From positions 19,096,001 through 19,160,000 of the forward strand of contig OZ024748.1 of assembly GCA_964016885.1 (NCBI GenBank): 64,000 nucleotides of DNA. The letters are read 5' to 3'. The stretch comes from Eledone cirrhosa (taxonomy: Eukaryota). Position numbers and translations under genes: made by a program. Under the pieces are notes generated by a model, which was not told the origin of the DNA, searched no databases, and saw only the letters and a program-made list of their open reading frames with translations. Positions 27,880-43,161 of this stretch are shown here, piece after piece (within the stretch, counting starts at the first letter, position 1; each line of letters starts with the position of its first letter).

Positions 27880-28923
27880 AACACCCCCCCCCCCCCACAC
27901 ACACCCACACACACATATATATATATATACATATATATAGATATAGATATACATAATAAACAAACACGAGAAGAGTGTGCTGACCAATCCAAATCTTGCA
28001 GTCACACTAAAACCAAACCTAAAACATGAAGCTAATCGATAAAACAATAACAAAAACTATAAAATCAATACAACGATCTAATAATAAAGAAAGAATAAAA
28101 AAAACAAAATAAAATAAAACATTTTTGGGACAGAAAACAATAAATAAACAAAAAAACAACAAAAAAACAACAACACAACACCACGTGGTCAAGAAAACAA
28201 ACAAATAACACCCCACCCACCCCCAGAAAAAAAGACAAAAGAAATAAAAAGTGATAAGATAACAACAACAACAACAAGATAAATCAGCAACAAGAAATAA
28301 TAATAACAGCAACAACATTTACAGCAACAAGAAATATAACAGCAACAACAACAACATAGTACACACTCTGATAATGAAAGTGAAAGTAACTTTAATCAAT
28401 GAAACGTGAAATTGAAAAAACAAAATTGAAAAAACAAACAAACAAAATTATAACTAAAAAAACAACAACAAAAGATTATTATAAAACAACAAGAACAAAC
28501 AAGAAATGTTTAATGTCGCGATGGTATTTTTATTCCCTTCTCTCCCTCCCTAGTGATGATGGGGAGATCTCTCCCCCCTAATGATGGTGGAGAGACCCTG
28601 TTGATTTAATTGGATAACATTTGATTACATAATTACCTTCCATGGACAAGGAAATAAAAACAAATTTATACAGTAAGGACTGATTCTTCAGAAGTTTCCT
28701 TCTTCTTCTTATTTTTCTTCTTCTTCTTATCATTATTATTATGATTTTGTCACTGTTTACGTTTATTTTGTGAAATAATTTTTACTTTTTATTTGTTTTC
28801 TGCTGTTGTTGTAAAGCAGTGGCTCCCAAACTGTTTCACTACCAAAGACCTTCCAACCCTTTTTATTTTTATTTAAATGAACATTACCACGTTCTCCCAG
28901 CTACTTATAGATTGCTGTACGGC

Positions 28924-29597
28924 AATAATAATTGTTTCTACTTTTGGCACAAGGCCAGCAATTAACCCAGTGCATTACTGGTATTTTATGACTTCTACTA
29001 TAGGCACAAAGCCAGCAATTTGGGGGGAGGAGAAAGTCGATTAAATCGACCCCGCTGCATTACTGGTACTTTATTTTATCGACCCCGTAAGGATGAAAGG
29101 CAAAGTTAACGTAAAGAGACACAACTATGCCGCAAAGCAAGGTGTCCGACGCTCTACCGATAATGCCAATCCAAATGATAATAATGATTTCTACTATAGG
29201 CACAAGGCCAGTAATTTGAGGGGAGGGGAATTAGATTAAATCGACTCCAGTACGTTATTGGTACTTTATTTTATCGAGCCCGTAAAGATGAAAAGCAGAG
29301 TTAACCTTGGCGAGATTTGAACTCAGACCGTAAAGAGTCGTAACTCTATGCTACAAAGCATGGCGTCCGAACCCCTCCCGATACTGCCAATCCAATCCAA
29401 ATGATAATAATTGTTTCTACTTTTGGCACAAGGCCAGCAATTATCCAGTGCATTACTGGTACTTTATTTTATCGACACCGTAAGGATGAACGGCAAAGTT
29501 AACCTCGGCGGGATTTGAACTCAGATCATAAAGGTTTGTAACTCTATGTTACAAAGCATGGCGTCCGAACCCCTACCGATACTGCCAATCCAATCCA
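28924..29597 (-). mobile_element. Cluster of about 4 head-to-tail SINE family B copies
   Basis: Repeated ttctact..ggcacaaggccagcaatt...atcgaccccgtaaggatgaa...cgatactgccaatcc units. Confidence 0.85.
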
Positions 29598-30319
29598 AAT
29601 GATAATAATGATAATAATAATTGTTGTGTGCATACTTAGGTTATTAAAGAAAGCCCTTGAAATTCTAAACTTAAGATCAAGTTCTACCTTTACCGAATCC
29701 CTATTTGGGTGTGAACACATGGTTGGGAACCACTGTTGTAAAAAAAAAAAATTGTCATTTTTTTTTTGCCCATCCCCACATCCGCTCTGCCATATCTTGG
29801 ACAACAATTACAAAAATGTTTTGTTTTTACCGCCAAATCTTGGACAAAAACTACGAAAAGTTTTGTATTTCCCGCCAAATCTTGGACAAAAATTACGAAA
29901 TGTTTTGGCTTCTTTCCCGCCAAAACTTGGACAAGAAACAATACAGACATAGAAGCAAGAACAATAAAAATATAACAAACACACGCACACACGCACACAC
30001 GCACACACACACATACACACACACACATACACACGCACACACACACACATGTTCACACTGTTACTCATTTACCTTCCATGTAATATATAATGTAAGATAT
30101 ATGTATATATGTATATAATCACGAATAATACAAAAGAATTACGTGTATAAACACACATACACACATACATACACACACGCACACATATATTAATGTTATG
30201 GTTGTTAAGTGATAAATAACAACAAACATTTACTGATGAAATGGGTGTAGCTTCAAATATATATGAAGTAATTGACTGTGAATTCCTCTTCCGTCTGCCT
30301 CGTAGTTTGTTTCATATAA

Positions 30320-30368
<49 letters not shown>

Positions 30369-31255
30369 TATGTGTGTGTGTGTGTCTTTAATGCATAGGA
30401 ACATAGACCCTTTTATATATACGTATATGATATATTTACATATACTTATACAATCATAAACATATGTATACACAAGCACACCCACAAAAGTTCCATCTAG
30501 ATGGGCTTTATTTTGATTGGTCCATTTCGTTTTATAAGAAAAACCTCCATTACAATTGTAGTTTGTTTATATTCTAAACAGGTGTATGTCTCTTTGTTAG
30601 AGTCGATTGAACTTGACCCGAATATATAACTGATTATTTCTTACATGATTCCAAGCATAACATGGGTGTATTTCTAATAAAGTGAGGAAATATCGTACTT
30701 AAACTGAAACGTGTGTATGTGTGTATGTGTGTCTGCTTTACTCCTTCCAAATCTTGGACAAAAATGACAAAATGTTTTTGTTTTTTCCTGCCATATATTG
30801 GACAAAATTTACCAAAAGATTTGGGGTTTTTTTGTTGACAAATTTTGGACAATAAACAATAGAAATAAAATCCCAAATATCGTCGTTCAGTTTTTCTCAT
30901 CATCACCCTGTCGATAGGTATCTATTTGCTTTAATATGAGTCCTTGAAAGCCTTTTCTGGTGTTCCCTTTTGGACCAAACCCCCGGTTTCTTTCTCACTC
31001 ACGTTTTCTTGTTTCTGTAGTCATTGATCTACAGATGTTTGACTGAGAATAAACAAGTGACTTTAATGTCCTCACCCATTCTAGGAAGAAGTTTTACAAA
31101 ATAAAAAAGGGACTAGCTCCCTTTCTCGCTGTTTACATCAGTAAAACAAAATAACAATTAAAACCAGCCAACCCTTGCCAACATAATTTTCTTGAAGGAT
31201 ATAGCTTTAGAGCTATAAGCTAAAAACCTTCTTGAGCACTGTCCACTGTGATTCA

Positions 31256-31665
31256 TAATTGTTTCTACTTTTGGCACAAGGCCAGCAATTACCCAGTACA
31301 TTACTGGTACTTTATTTTATCGACCCCGTAAGGATGAAAGACAAAGTTAACCTCGGCGGGATTTGAACTCAGAATGACAAGGGCCGTAACTCTATGCGTC
31401 AAAGCATGGTGTCCAACCCTCTACCAATACTGCCAATCCACCGCAAATTCAGTGATTCATATAATTGTTTCTACTTTAGGCACAAGGCCAGCAATTACCC
31501 AGTGCATTACTGGTACTTTATTTTATCGACCCCGTAAGGATGAAAGGCAAAGTCAACCTCGGCGGGATTTGAACTCAGATCGTAAAGGGACGTAACTATG
31601 CTGGAAAGCATGGCGTCCGACCCTCTACCGATACTGCCAATCCACCGCAAATTCAGTGATTCATA
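31256..31665 (-). mobile_element. Two tandem SINE family B copies
   Basis: Two full units, each followed by ccaccgcaaattcagtgattcata. Confidence 0.85.
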
Positions 31666-33225
31666 TAATACGACCTTATCTGGCGTTAACAGTCGTTATT
31701 ATATCAAGCAGTAGCGTATATTGTATATATCCGGAATAGCCATTGGTGAAATACTCGTTCACCACTTTCAGATACTCAGACTGATGCTAGAACTCGACCG
31801 CTCATCTAGGCCTGGTCTGTCTCACTTGGAAGCTCTGGATGATGATTGTAAAGACAGCACGGTTTGACAGGGGACTCTGCGTCTTTTCTTGGGAACCTCC
31901 AAACAGGAAGTAGATGAAACCAAGCCAAACATACTTTGTTCATAGTAGAGCCAAGTGCCGACCTTCATACTATGTCTTTATTGCAAACCTGAAAGTTGTT
32001 CTGGAAATACCAGATATATACTGGGGTTTATTCAATCGAACATTGTTAGTGTCCCAGCTCAATAAATAGCAATCTGAGAAGTCAATGTTGTAGTGGTTGG
32101 TTTTGTTTTTAGTTTCATCACCGACACTCAAGCATCCACACTCAAGCAACCACACTCAAGAACCCACACTCAAGCAACCACACTCAGGAACCCACACTCA
32201 AGAAAACACACTCAAGCACCTACACTCAAGCTCCCACACTCAGGCAACCACACTCAAGCAACTGTACTCAAGCACCTACACTCAAACAACCATACTCAAG
32301 CTCATACACTCACGCACATACACACACATTCCCATACACTCAACACTCATATACATAACCCATTATACAAACACTTGCACACAAACGTATTTACATCACA
32401 CAGAGCAGGAAACGCATATATACTTGCATATATGTATGTATACATACATATACATTCACACACACAGACATACACACAGGCACACACAGACATAGATATA
32501 CATTCACACACACAGACATACACACAGGCACATACATACATACAGATATACATTCATACACACAGAAACACACACACATGTATTAACGCACACGAATACA
32601 TATAAATTCTACATACAAACACATATACATTCACACATATACTCTGACATACAATCACGTACATATATTCACACACATTCACACATATACTCACACACCT
32701 ATATACAATCACATACACAAATTCATAAACTCACATACACGTATACTCATACACTCACATGCAAACACTTACATATTCTACGTGTTTTTTTTTCTTCATT
32801 TCTAATTTACATAATGATTATCGATACTAAGTTATACAATTGGTCCCATTGTATTACTGGTATTCATTTTATGGAGTCCGGAATGATGATAGTCAAAGTT
32901 GACCTCTGCGCGATTTGATATCAGAAGCTAGAGGGATGAAACTAACCCGGGGCTCTGTAAACTGAGGCAGCTCTTCACCTCCAGATACCACGCTACCAAC
33001 ACCTCCAGCTCACCCCCACATACACTACGCTGCTAACACTTCCACCCTGCCCCCACACACATTACATTGCCCTCCCACCCCAGGGCATTAACACGTTACA
33101 CAATATAAAACAATTTATACAACGACATTCAGAATTTTCCTGTCATGCACATGCACTCATACATACATACATACATACATACATACATACATACATACAC
33201 ATATATACATACATACATATATACA

Positions 33226-33258
<33 letters not shown>

Positions 33259-36200
33259 GATGGCTGCCCCCTCGTTATTGAGTATGGTCATTACACGATA
33301 TACCATTATTAATAATTATTAATTAATTCTATCGTGCAATGCCTGTGCGTTAAGATATTTTTTAAAGTGAGGAAAGACTGTGCACTGAGCCAATCCCACT
33401 CTCTGAGCGACAGTAGCTATAACCCGAAAAGAAGAAAAGATCAACATCATCGGTAACTACTGAGCCGAAGAATCATCATGACGTGGTGTGTATGAATTTG
33501 TATGTGTGGGTGTGTGTTTTGTGTGTGTTGTGATGTATGTGTTTGACAAGGTTGGTACAGTCCACCTTGTACTAAAATGAGTACTACATACGTGATATTA
33601 CTTCCTGTGACAAAGGACACGGTTCGTATCACGGCTGTAGCCCAAGTGATGCCCCTCTACATTTCTGGTCTACCTTTGTTTTATCATCCCACATTATAGT
33701 CTCAGTGGAGGCACGTGGGCTAGTGGTAAGGATGTTGGACTTACGGTCATAATGTCGTGGGTTCGATTCCTGGGCTGGGTTGTGTGTTGTGTTCTTGAGC
33801 CAAACCCTTTATATCATGTTACTCCTAGGAACACTATGTCTGATGACCAGTAACACTAACTGTTATACTGTACATTAAATAATGTAGTACTAGATAGTGG
33901 AGACAAGTGGCCTAATGGTAAGGGTGTTGGACTTACGATTATGTGTTGTATTCTTGAGCAAAACACTTCATTTCACGTTGCTCCAGTATACTCAGCTGAA
34001 AATGAGTACCAGTAATAGCTGGAGGTTTAGCGATAAAATAAAGAACCAGTTCATGGTTCACATTGAATTGGCGGAATTATTGGAGCGTCAGATGAGATGA
34101 TTTGGAATATATCCTACCACTGGTCAGGGAACGTCACTCAAACATGGGACCACAACTGATTATAACACCCTGTAACCTGGCTGGAATACTGGACTGAACA
34201 TTGGCTACTTCTTTACGTCGAATGATAGCGAAGATGATGATGATAATACTGGTGGTGGTGATGATGATGATGATGATGATAGAGGCCTAATCACCTGACC
34301 TTGGGACAACAACTTGTTATTAAACCCTGCAACCTGGGTGCAGAAGGATTGCGGCCCTCTGCAGCTGTGATTGGACGATGATGATAATTACGATAAGGCT
34401 ATCGAAAAAGAAACCTTCTCGAGGTGGGATCGAGCCCCGCATCTGGTTAGTGTAAATTGAATGTCTTACTGTCACAGCTAAGCAGTCATCATCACTAGAA
34501 AAGAAACACACACACATCAGCGGGACCCATTATTTTATCCAGCTCCGAATTGAACCTTGAACCAAGCATTATAAACAACGAAGTTATTTGTGATTTCACA
34601 TTGCTTTCTTCTCCAGCATTGACATTGTTGGTGTATGGTGGTTTCTAAGTACAGCCAGGTGGACTGGGCTGTAGAACGTTAACCAATGGAAGCAGAATTC
34701 GAACTAACAGCTTTCCTAGTTCTCTCTCTCTCTTTCTTTTCCTGTCTGTCGCTCTCACTCTCTCTGCTTATCTGTCTGTCCCCACCTCTCTTTCTATGAT
34801 TTGGCTACTATTTCTTAGCACATTGAACGACTCAGTAGAGAAACTTCTCCATTGATTTGAATATTGATTTGTATTGCAGTACTGTTGTTATTGTTGTTGA
34901 GTGATCCCCAGATCAGCTCTCATCCAGTAGATCTATTATCAAAGACAATCTAGCCATGACTATCCAGTTTCTCCAGACATAATTTATATTAGACAACATT
35001 ATTCAAAATGTTCTTCGTCCTTTTTATTTAAAGATAGCAGATTGTGATGCAAGAAAGACTTAGTTGTTATTTCTAACAAGACAATTGACCACATAGTGGT
35101 TCTCTTGTTGATTTTCGAGAGTTTTGGAGTCTCCCCGCTATCTTGGTAGGTTGCCTACCTTTTGGAGTGTCTGTTGGTTTGCTAGGTTTTAAAAGGGTTT
35201 TGAAGGTTGGATGCGGAGGCCAACGGTGGGAACATCTGTCTGTGTGTTTGTATGCGTTAATATGCAGGTATGTGTATACCTATTGTATGTATACATATTG
35301 TATATGTGCATGTGTGTACATGTACGTACGTGGGTCATAGAGAATTGGCAAGTTGTAGCTGGCTTGACGGTTCAATTTCCAGTTAAGCTGGATACCTGGG
35401 AGATAGGCTTAGCTCCTCTCTCTCATCCATCCATCCATCCAACCATCCATCCATTCAAACTACTCATCCAACCATCCATCCATTCAAACTACTCATCCAA
35501 CTATCTATCCATTCATCCACCTATACAACCATCCAGCCAACCAGCCAGCCAACCCATCCATCCATCAACCCATCCTTCCATCTAAACAATCCATCCATCC
35601 ATTCATCCATCCAACCATCCAACCATCCAACCATCATCTATCCTTCCATCCACCCATCCTTCCAGCCCCCCCCCCATCCAGCCACCCATCCACCCCTCAA
35701 CCCCTCAACCCATCTACACCCCCCTCCATCCCTCCCTCCAAGCAGCCCCCATTTATTGAAATTCCCCCCCAAAATGCCATCATTATACAAATTACCTTGA
35801 GGGGACAATGTTGCGTCTGGGTGTAATGAGGTATTACTAATAGTAATGACGTAGTGCTTGCAGGGGTGATATTGTTGCTATGGCGATTGGTCAGGTGATC
35901 TCACGTGGTGATGTTCAACAATGACCTACAGTGGTACTCGCTGCTGTTTTTAACTCTTAAAAACATTTAGCAGAAAATATCAAAAAAATCTTCTTCTTCG
36001 TCCACTTATTCCTGAGAGGGTCATGGGAGGGGGGAAGAGTCCCTAAAACACTCCTTCCAATGTTCTTGACAGGAGCAACCAACCCCTAAGCGTGACCAGC
36101 CAAGCTAATGGCTGTTATTCAACTATTTTGCTAAGGGTCTACCCCTGGGTCGCTTACCGGTTGGTTTTGCCCGTAAAATCTGTCCAGAGATTCTTTCCAG

Positions 36201-36399
36201 AGATTTTCTAACCACGTGCCTGTAGTGTCAGGGCTGTGATATCTAAAAGAATCCAATGTGTTAATTCTAATGCTTATAGTATAGTTACTAGTGAACAGAT
36301 CTTTGTAAAGATTTGTAATACACTAAAGTAAAGACTTTAATTGTTGATGTGATGCAGATATAAAACTGTTTTATACTGCTTTATGCATCACTATATAAA

Positions 36400-36549
36400 G
36401 TAGTAGAGGTAGTAGAAATAGTAATAGTAGTAGTAGAAGTAGCAGAAATTGTAGTAGATATTGTAATAGTAGTAAAAGTAGAAGTAGTAATAGAAGTAGT
36501 AGTAGTAGTAGTAATAGTAGTAGCAGCAATAGAAGTAGTAATGGTAGTA

Positions 36550-36631
<82 letters not shown>

Positions 36632-36717
36632 AAATAGTAGTAGTAGTAGTAGTAGTAGTAGAAGTAGTAGTAGTAGAAGTAGTAGTGGTAATAGTAGTAG
36701 TAGAAGTAGTAGTAGTA

Positions 36718-36754
<37 letters not shown>

Positions 36755-36972
36755 AAGTAGTAGTAGTAGTAGTAGTAGAAGTAGTAGTAGTAGTAGTAGT
36801 AGAAGTAGTAGTAGTAGTAGTAATAGTAGTAGCAGTAATAGAAGTAGTAATAGTAGTAGTAGTAGTAGTAGTAGTAGAAGTAGTAGTAGTAGTATAAGTA
36901 GTAGTAGTAGTAGTAGAAGTAGTAGTAGTAGTAGTAATAGTAGTAGCAGTAATAGAAGTAGTAATAGTAGTA

Positions 36973-37036
<64 letters not shown>

Positions 37037-37039
37037 AAA

Positions 37040-37078
<39 letters not shown>

Positions 37079-37116
37079 AAGTAGTAGTAGTAGAAGTAGT
37101 AGTGGTAATAGTAGTA

Positions 37117-37153
<37 letters not shown>

Positions 37154-37240
37154 AAGTAGTAGTAGTAGTAGTAGAAGTAGTAGTAGTAGTAGTAGAAGTA
37201 ATAGTAGTATTAAAAGTAGTAGTAGAATTAGTAATAGTAT

Positions 37241-37327
<87 letters not shown>

Positions 37328-37479
37328 AAGTAGTAGAAGTAGTAGTAGTAGAAGTAATAGTACTATTAAAAGTAGTAGTAGAATTAGTAATAGTAAAAGT
37401 AGAAGTAGTAGAAGTAGTAGTAGTAGTAGTAGAAGTAGTAGTAGTAGTAGTAGATGTAGTAGTGGAAGTAGTAGTAATA

Positions 37480-37510
<31 letters not shown>

Positions 37511-37585
37511 AAGTAGTAGTAGTAGTAATAGTAGATGTAGTAGTAGTAGTAGTAGAATTAGTAGTAGTAGTAGTAGTAGTAGAAT

Positions 37586-37630
<45 letters not shown>

Positions 37631-38024
37631 AAATAGTAGTAGTAGTAGTTGTTGAAGTGACATTAATAGTAGTGGTGGTAGTGATAGTAGTAACTATACT
37701 AGTATTAGTATTAGTGTTAGTAATAGTATTAGTATTAGTGTTAGTATAGCGATACTAATAGCAGTAGCAGTAGTAGTGTAGTAGTAGCAGAAGCAGCGGT
37801 AGTTGTTGTAGTAGTAGTAGTAGCAGCAGCAGCAGCAGCCGTAGTAGTAATAGTAGTGCAGCAGCAGTAGTAGTAATAGTAGCAGTATTAGTAGTATTAG
37901 TAGTATTAGTAGTAGTAATTGTAGCAGTATTAGTATTAGTAGTAGTAGTAGCAGCATCAGTAGCAGTAGTTGTAGTAGTAACAGTAGCAGCAGCAGCAAC
38001 TGTAGTAGTAGTAGTAGTAGTAGT
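36400..38024. repeat. (AGT)n trinucleotide microsatellite, about 1.6 kb, imperfect
   Basis: Direct. Confidence 0.95.
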
Positions 38025-38080
38025 CCTAGATACACTGTGTCCTTAGAAATAGTAGACAAATATTTTCTATATCACACACA

Positions 38081-40143
38081 ATCTAGGTCTATGTCACCCA
38101 ATCTATGTCTATGTCACCCAATCTAGGTCTATACGACCCAATCTAGGTCTATACGACCCAATCTAAGTCTATGTCACCCAATCTATGTCTATGTCCTCCA
38201 ATCTAGGTCTATACGACCCAATCTAGGTCTATACGACCCAATCTAGGTCTATACGACCCAATCTAGGTCTATGTCACCCAATCTAGGTCTATATGACCCA
38301 ATCTAGGTCTATACGACCCAATCTAAGTCTATGTCACCCAATCTAGATCTATGTCACCCAATCTATGTCTATGTCACCCAATATAGGTCTTTATCCCCCA
38401 ATCTAGGTCTATACGACCCAATCTAGGTCTATGTCACCCAATCTAGGTCTATACGACACAATCTAGGTCTATACGACCCAATCTAAGTCTATGTCACCCA
38501 ATCTATGTCTATGTCCCCCAATATAGGTCTATGTCACCCAATCTATGTCTATGTCACCCAATCTAGGTCTATGTCACACAATCTAAGTCTATGTCACCCA
38601 ATCTAGGTCTATACGACCCAATCTAGGTCTATGTCACCCAATCTAGGTCTTTATCCCCCAATCTAGGTCTATGTCACCCAATCTAGGTCTATACGACCCA
38701 ATCTAGGTCTATGTCACCCAATCTAGGTCTATGTCACCCAATCTAGGTCTATGTCACCCAATCTATGTCTATGTCACCCAATCTAGGTCTATGTCACCCA
38801 ATCTAAGTCTATGTCACCCAATCTAGGTCTATACGACCCAATCTAGGTCTATACGACCCAATCTAAGTCTATGTCACCCAATCTAGGTCTATGTCTCCCA
38901 ATCTATGTCTATGTCACCCAATCTAGGTCTATGTCCCCCAATCTAGGTCTATGTCACCCAATCTAGGTGTATACGACCCAATCTAGGTCTATACGACCCA
39001 ATCTAAGTCTATGTCACCCAATCTAGGTCTATGTCACCCAATCTATATCTATGTCACCCAATCTATGTCTATGTCACCCAATCTAGGTCTATGTCACCCA
39101 ATCTAGGTCTATGTAAACCAATCTATGTCTATGTCACCCAATCTAGGTCTATGTCACCCAATCTAGGTCTATACGACCCAATCTAAGTCTATGTCACCCA
39201 ATCTACGTCTATGTCACCCAATCTATGTCTATGTCCCCCAATACTATTTCCATCTATATCACGATGTAAAGAAGATGGAAGGACGTATTGGGGGACATAG
39301 ACATAGATTGGGTGACATAGACCTAGATTGGGTGACATAGACTTAGATTGGGTCGTATAGACCTAGATTGGGTCGTATAGACCTAGATTGGGTGACATAG
39401 ACCTAGATTGGGTGACATAGACCTATATTGGGTCGTATAGACCTAGATTGGGTGACATAGACCTAAATTGGGTGACATAGACTTAGATTGGGTCGTATAG
39501 ACCTAGATTGAGTGACATAGACCTAGATTGGGTGACATAGACCTAGATTGGGTCCTATAGACCTAGATTGAGAGACATGACCTAAATTGAGTGACATAGA
39601 CCTAGATTGGGTGACATAGACCTAGATTGGATCTCATAGACCTAGATTGAGTGACATAGACCTAGATTGGGTCGTATAGACCTAGATTGGGTCACATAGA
39701 CCTAGATTGGATCGTATAGACCTAGATTGGGTGATATAGACTTATATTGGGTCACATAGACCTAGATTGGGTCGTATAGACCTAGATTGGGTCACATAGA
39801 CCTAGATTGGATCGCATAGACCTAGATTGGGTGATATAGACTTATATTGGGTCACATAGACCTTGATTGGGTCGTATAGACCTAGATTGGGTCACATAAA
39901 CCTAGATTGGATCGCATAGACCTAGATTGGGTGATATAGACTTATATTGGGTCACATAGACCTAGATTGGGTCTATAGACTTAGATTGGGTCACATAGAC
40001 CTAGATTGGGTCACAGAGACCTAGATTGGGTCGTATAGACCTAGGTTGGGTCACATAGACCTAGATTGGATCACAGAGACCTAGATTGGGTGATATAGAC
40101 CTATATTGGGTCACATAGACCTAGATTGGGTCATATAGACCTA
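38081..40143. repeat. 20-bp minisatellite arranged as a giant inverted repeat (about 58 units +, about 43 units -)
   Basis: atctaggtctatgtcaccca units to 39244, a 40-nt spacer, then reverse-complement units from 39285. Confidence 0.95.
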
Positions 40144-40796
40144 AGGTTATGGTTAGATACATTGTGTCTGACAAAATAACGTTATGAGTGGGTTTGATAT
40201 GTCTTTGATCATGTTTACTTGATGAGAGCTAACCTGAAGCTGAACTAGAACAACAACAACAACAACAACAACGACGATAACAACAAAAACACCGACGACA
40301 ACAACAACAACAACAATATCGACGACAACAACAACAATAACCATAAAGAATATATCAACCGTAGCTGACCAAATATTTTTTAGTAAATATTTTTGAAATA
40401 ATACTGCTACATACAACGGTGAGCCGTTTCTCACTGTGACCCATATATATACATGGTTCTGGTTGGCAAATGATGATGCACCAAACTAATTAAAGCACTC
40501 AACGTTATGCAAATCATCCATCGTAGATGTGATATCCAGTGGTTGGTGCGGGAACAGAGTAATGTGTTAATTAAAACAACAGAAGGCCAGACTAGAACAT
40601 TTACTTTAGAATTTTAATTCCACGAAATCACTCTACATATTTCATATGGCTCAGCTCTATCATCAGATTATGATGCAAGCCAAGGTGATCTCATCAGGTG
40701 TTATTTCCGCTTTCGCGGTTCCAGTTCAGCCTTCCATTGTTGTCTTAATCTATCTATCTATCTATTTATCTCTCTCTCTGTCTCCCCCTCTCTATC

Positions 40797-40829
<33 letters not shown>

Positions 40830-40847
40830 ATATATTTTTCTGTAATA

Positions 40848-41008
40848 GTACTAATAGGGCATATACACAGCTATTCCTATACTACTATAGGGCATATACA
40901 CAGCTATTCCTGTACTACTATAGGGCATATACACAGCTATTCCTGTACTACTATAGGGCATATACACAGCTATTCCTGTACTACTATAGGGCATATACAG
41001 AGCTATAC
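40848..41008. repeat. 33-bp minisatellite, about 5 copies
   Basis: Unit actatagggcatatacacagctattcctgtact. Confidence 0.9.
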
Positions 41009-41353
41009 AAGTAACACTATAGGACATATGCACGTTTCTTTCTGTAATAATATGTGACATAGACATAGATCTCCCTACGACCTTATAGGTCATAGACACA
41101 TGTGTCTCTATAATAATATAGGGCAGGGAGACAGTTGTTCTATTGGTTCTATATATAACTATCATACACACAATGGCGGTTAGCCCCTACATTTCTGCTT
41201 CGTCTGCGGTTGTTTCCCAAGGCTAGACTTCTTTTCACGTTTTCTACATTGGAGCTAATGTGTAACTGTTCAGTGTAATGATGGTCTTTACATTTGTACA
41301 GTTGTACAGAGGTGTTCTTGGATCAAATGTTTGTATTTGAAGTTCAACGTCTT

Positions 41354-42135
41354 GTTTTCTAGGTTATCAATTTATCTTGTATATAAACTAGTCGTTTTGT
41401 GGATCAAATATGTATTTGTAGATGTACTGCTTATCTAGTAAATGTACAACTTGTCTTGCAGATGTTTTCTAGGTTATCAATTTATCTTGTATATAAACTA
41501 GTCGTTTTGTGGATCAAATATGTATTTGTAGATGTACTGCTTATCTAGTAAATGTACAACTTGTCTTGCAGATCTCCCACATGTGTTGTAGATGTCCCAC
41601 ATGTTGTACACGTGCCACATATCTTGTATATGTACCACTTATCTTGTAGATGTACTGCTTATTTTGTAGGTGTACCAGATGTCTTGTAGAAGTACCGGAT
41701 GTCTTCTAGATGCACCACTTATCTTGTAGATGTACCAGATGTCTTGTAGATGTACCACATGTATTGCAGATGTACCACGTGTCGTGTAGATGTACCAACT
41801 GTTTGTAGATATACCACATCTCTTGTTGATGTACCTCATGTCGTGTAGATGTACTAGATGTATGTAGATGTACCATATGTCTTCTAGATGTACTGCATGT
41901 CTTGTAGATATACCAGATATTTCTAGACATACCAGATGTTTTCTAGATTTGCCAGATGCTTGTAGATGTATGATACCAGATGTTGACTAGACGTACCACA
42001 AGTTTTCTAGAGGTACCACCTTTCTTGAAAATGCACCAAGTGTCTTGCAGATGCATCAAATGTCTTGTAGACGCATCATACGTTTTGTAGACGCACCATA
42101 CATCTTGTAAATGAACTATTTGTGTTGTAGACCAA
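41354..42135. repeat. 110-bp tandem duplication followed by a degenerate 20-bp minisatellite (cttgtagatgtaccagatgt)
   Basis: Duplicate starts at 41354 and 41464; tgtagatgtacc recurs about every 20 bp. Confidence 0.85.
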
Positions 42136-42417
42136 TTATGTTTCATGTGAGTCAAATATGGACTTTGTAAATCAGTTTTATAGACCATCTCCTATATAGA
42201 TCCCCTCAAATAGAACATTAGCCCAATATCTAGTGCACAAGAATTATACCTTTACATAAACACAACACACACACAAATATATATATACAGATAAATACAT
42301 AGATGCGAACTTCTTTTTGTTATAATTATATTTTGCTGAAATTCTGCCTACTTATCACTCTCCCTTTCTCTCCTTCTATCTCTCTATCTCTCTGTCTATC
42401 TACCTATCTATCAATCA

Positions 42418-42482
<65 letters not shown>

Positions 42483-42534
42483 ATCTATCTATCTATCTAT
42501 CTATCAATTAATCAATCAATCAATCAAGCAATCA

Positions 42535-42575
<41 letters not shown>

Positions 42576-42590
42576 CCTATCTATCAATCA

Positions 42591-42627
<37 letters not shown>

Positions 42628-43071
42628 ATCTATCTATCTATCTATCTATCAATTAATCAATCAATCAATCAAGCAATCAATCTATCTATCTATCTGTCTA
42701 TCTATCTATCCATCTGTCTATGTATTTATCTATGTGTCTATCTATCTGCCTATCTACCAATCTATCTATCTCTCTGTATATATATATATATATCAGCTTG
42801 GTCATGCTTCCTTATATATATATGTAATATAAATCTGTATGTTTCTTCTGTAAGTCTATATATAAACATAATAAAAATACACACCCTACACATACAGACA
42901 AATGCACATCTGCAGGCACACACACACATGAACATACAGACAGATACATATACACACACACACACACACACAGACAGATGTGTGAAGATCGTTCTGTCAG
43001 ATATACCAAAGAAAAAACACATCATACATTACTGACACATGGGGATTCCTCACATGATGTCACACACACAA

Positions 43072-43157
<86 letters not shown>

Positions 43158-43161
<4 letters not shown>

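Noticed and set aside
27978-27986. MARE half-site TGCTGAC suggesting Maf autoregulation
   Set aside because: A single 7-mer is expected by chance in 64 kb.
34412-34490. Possible tRNA gene on the minus strand
   Set aside because: Only degenerate A/B boxes and no full cloverleaf; more likely a SINE head.
36371-37663. 430-aa poly-Leu ORF (and the poly-Val/poly-Leu ORFs at 11955-12494)
   Set aside because: Translations of (AGT)n/(CTA)n microsatellites.
38081-40143. CRISPR-like regular array
   Set aside because: No unique spacers, eukaryotic context and no cas genes; it is a contiguous minisatellite.
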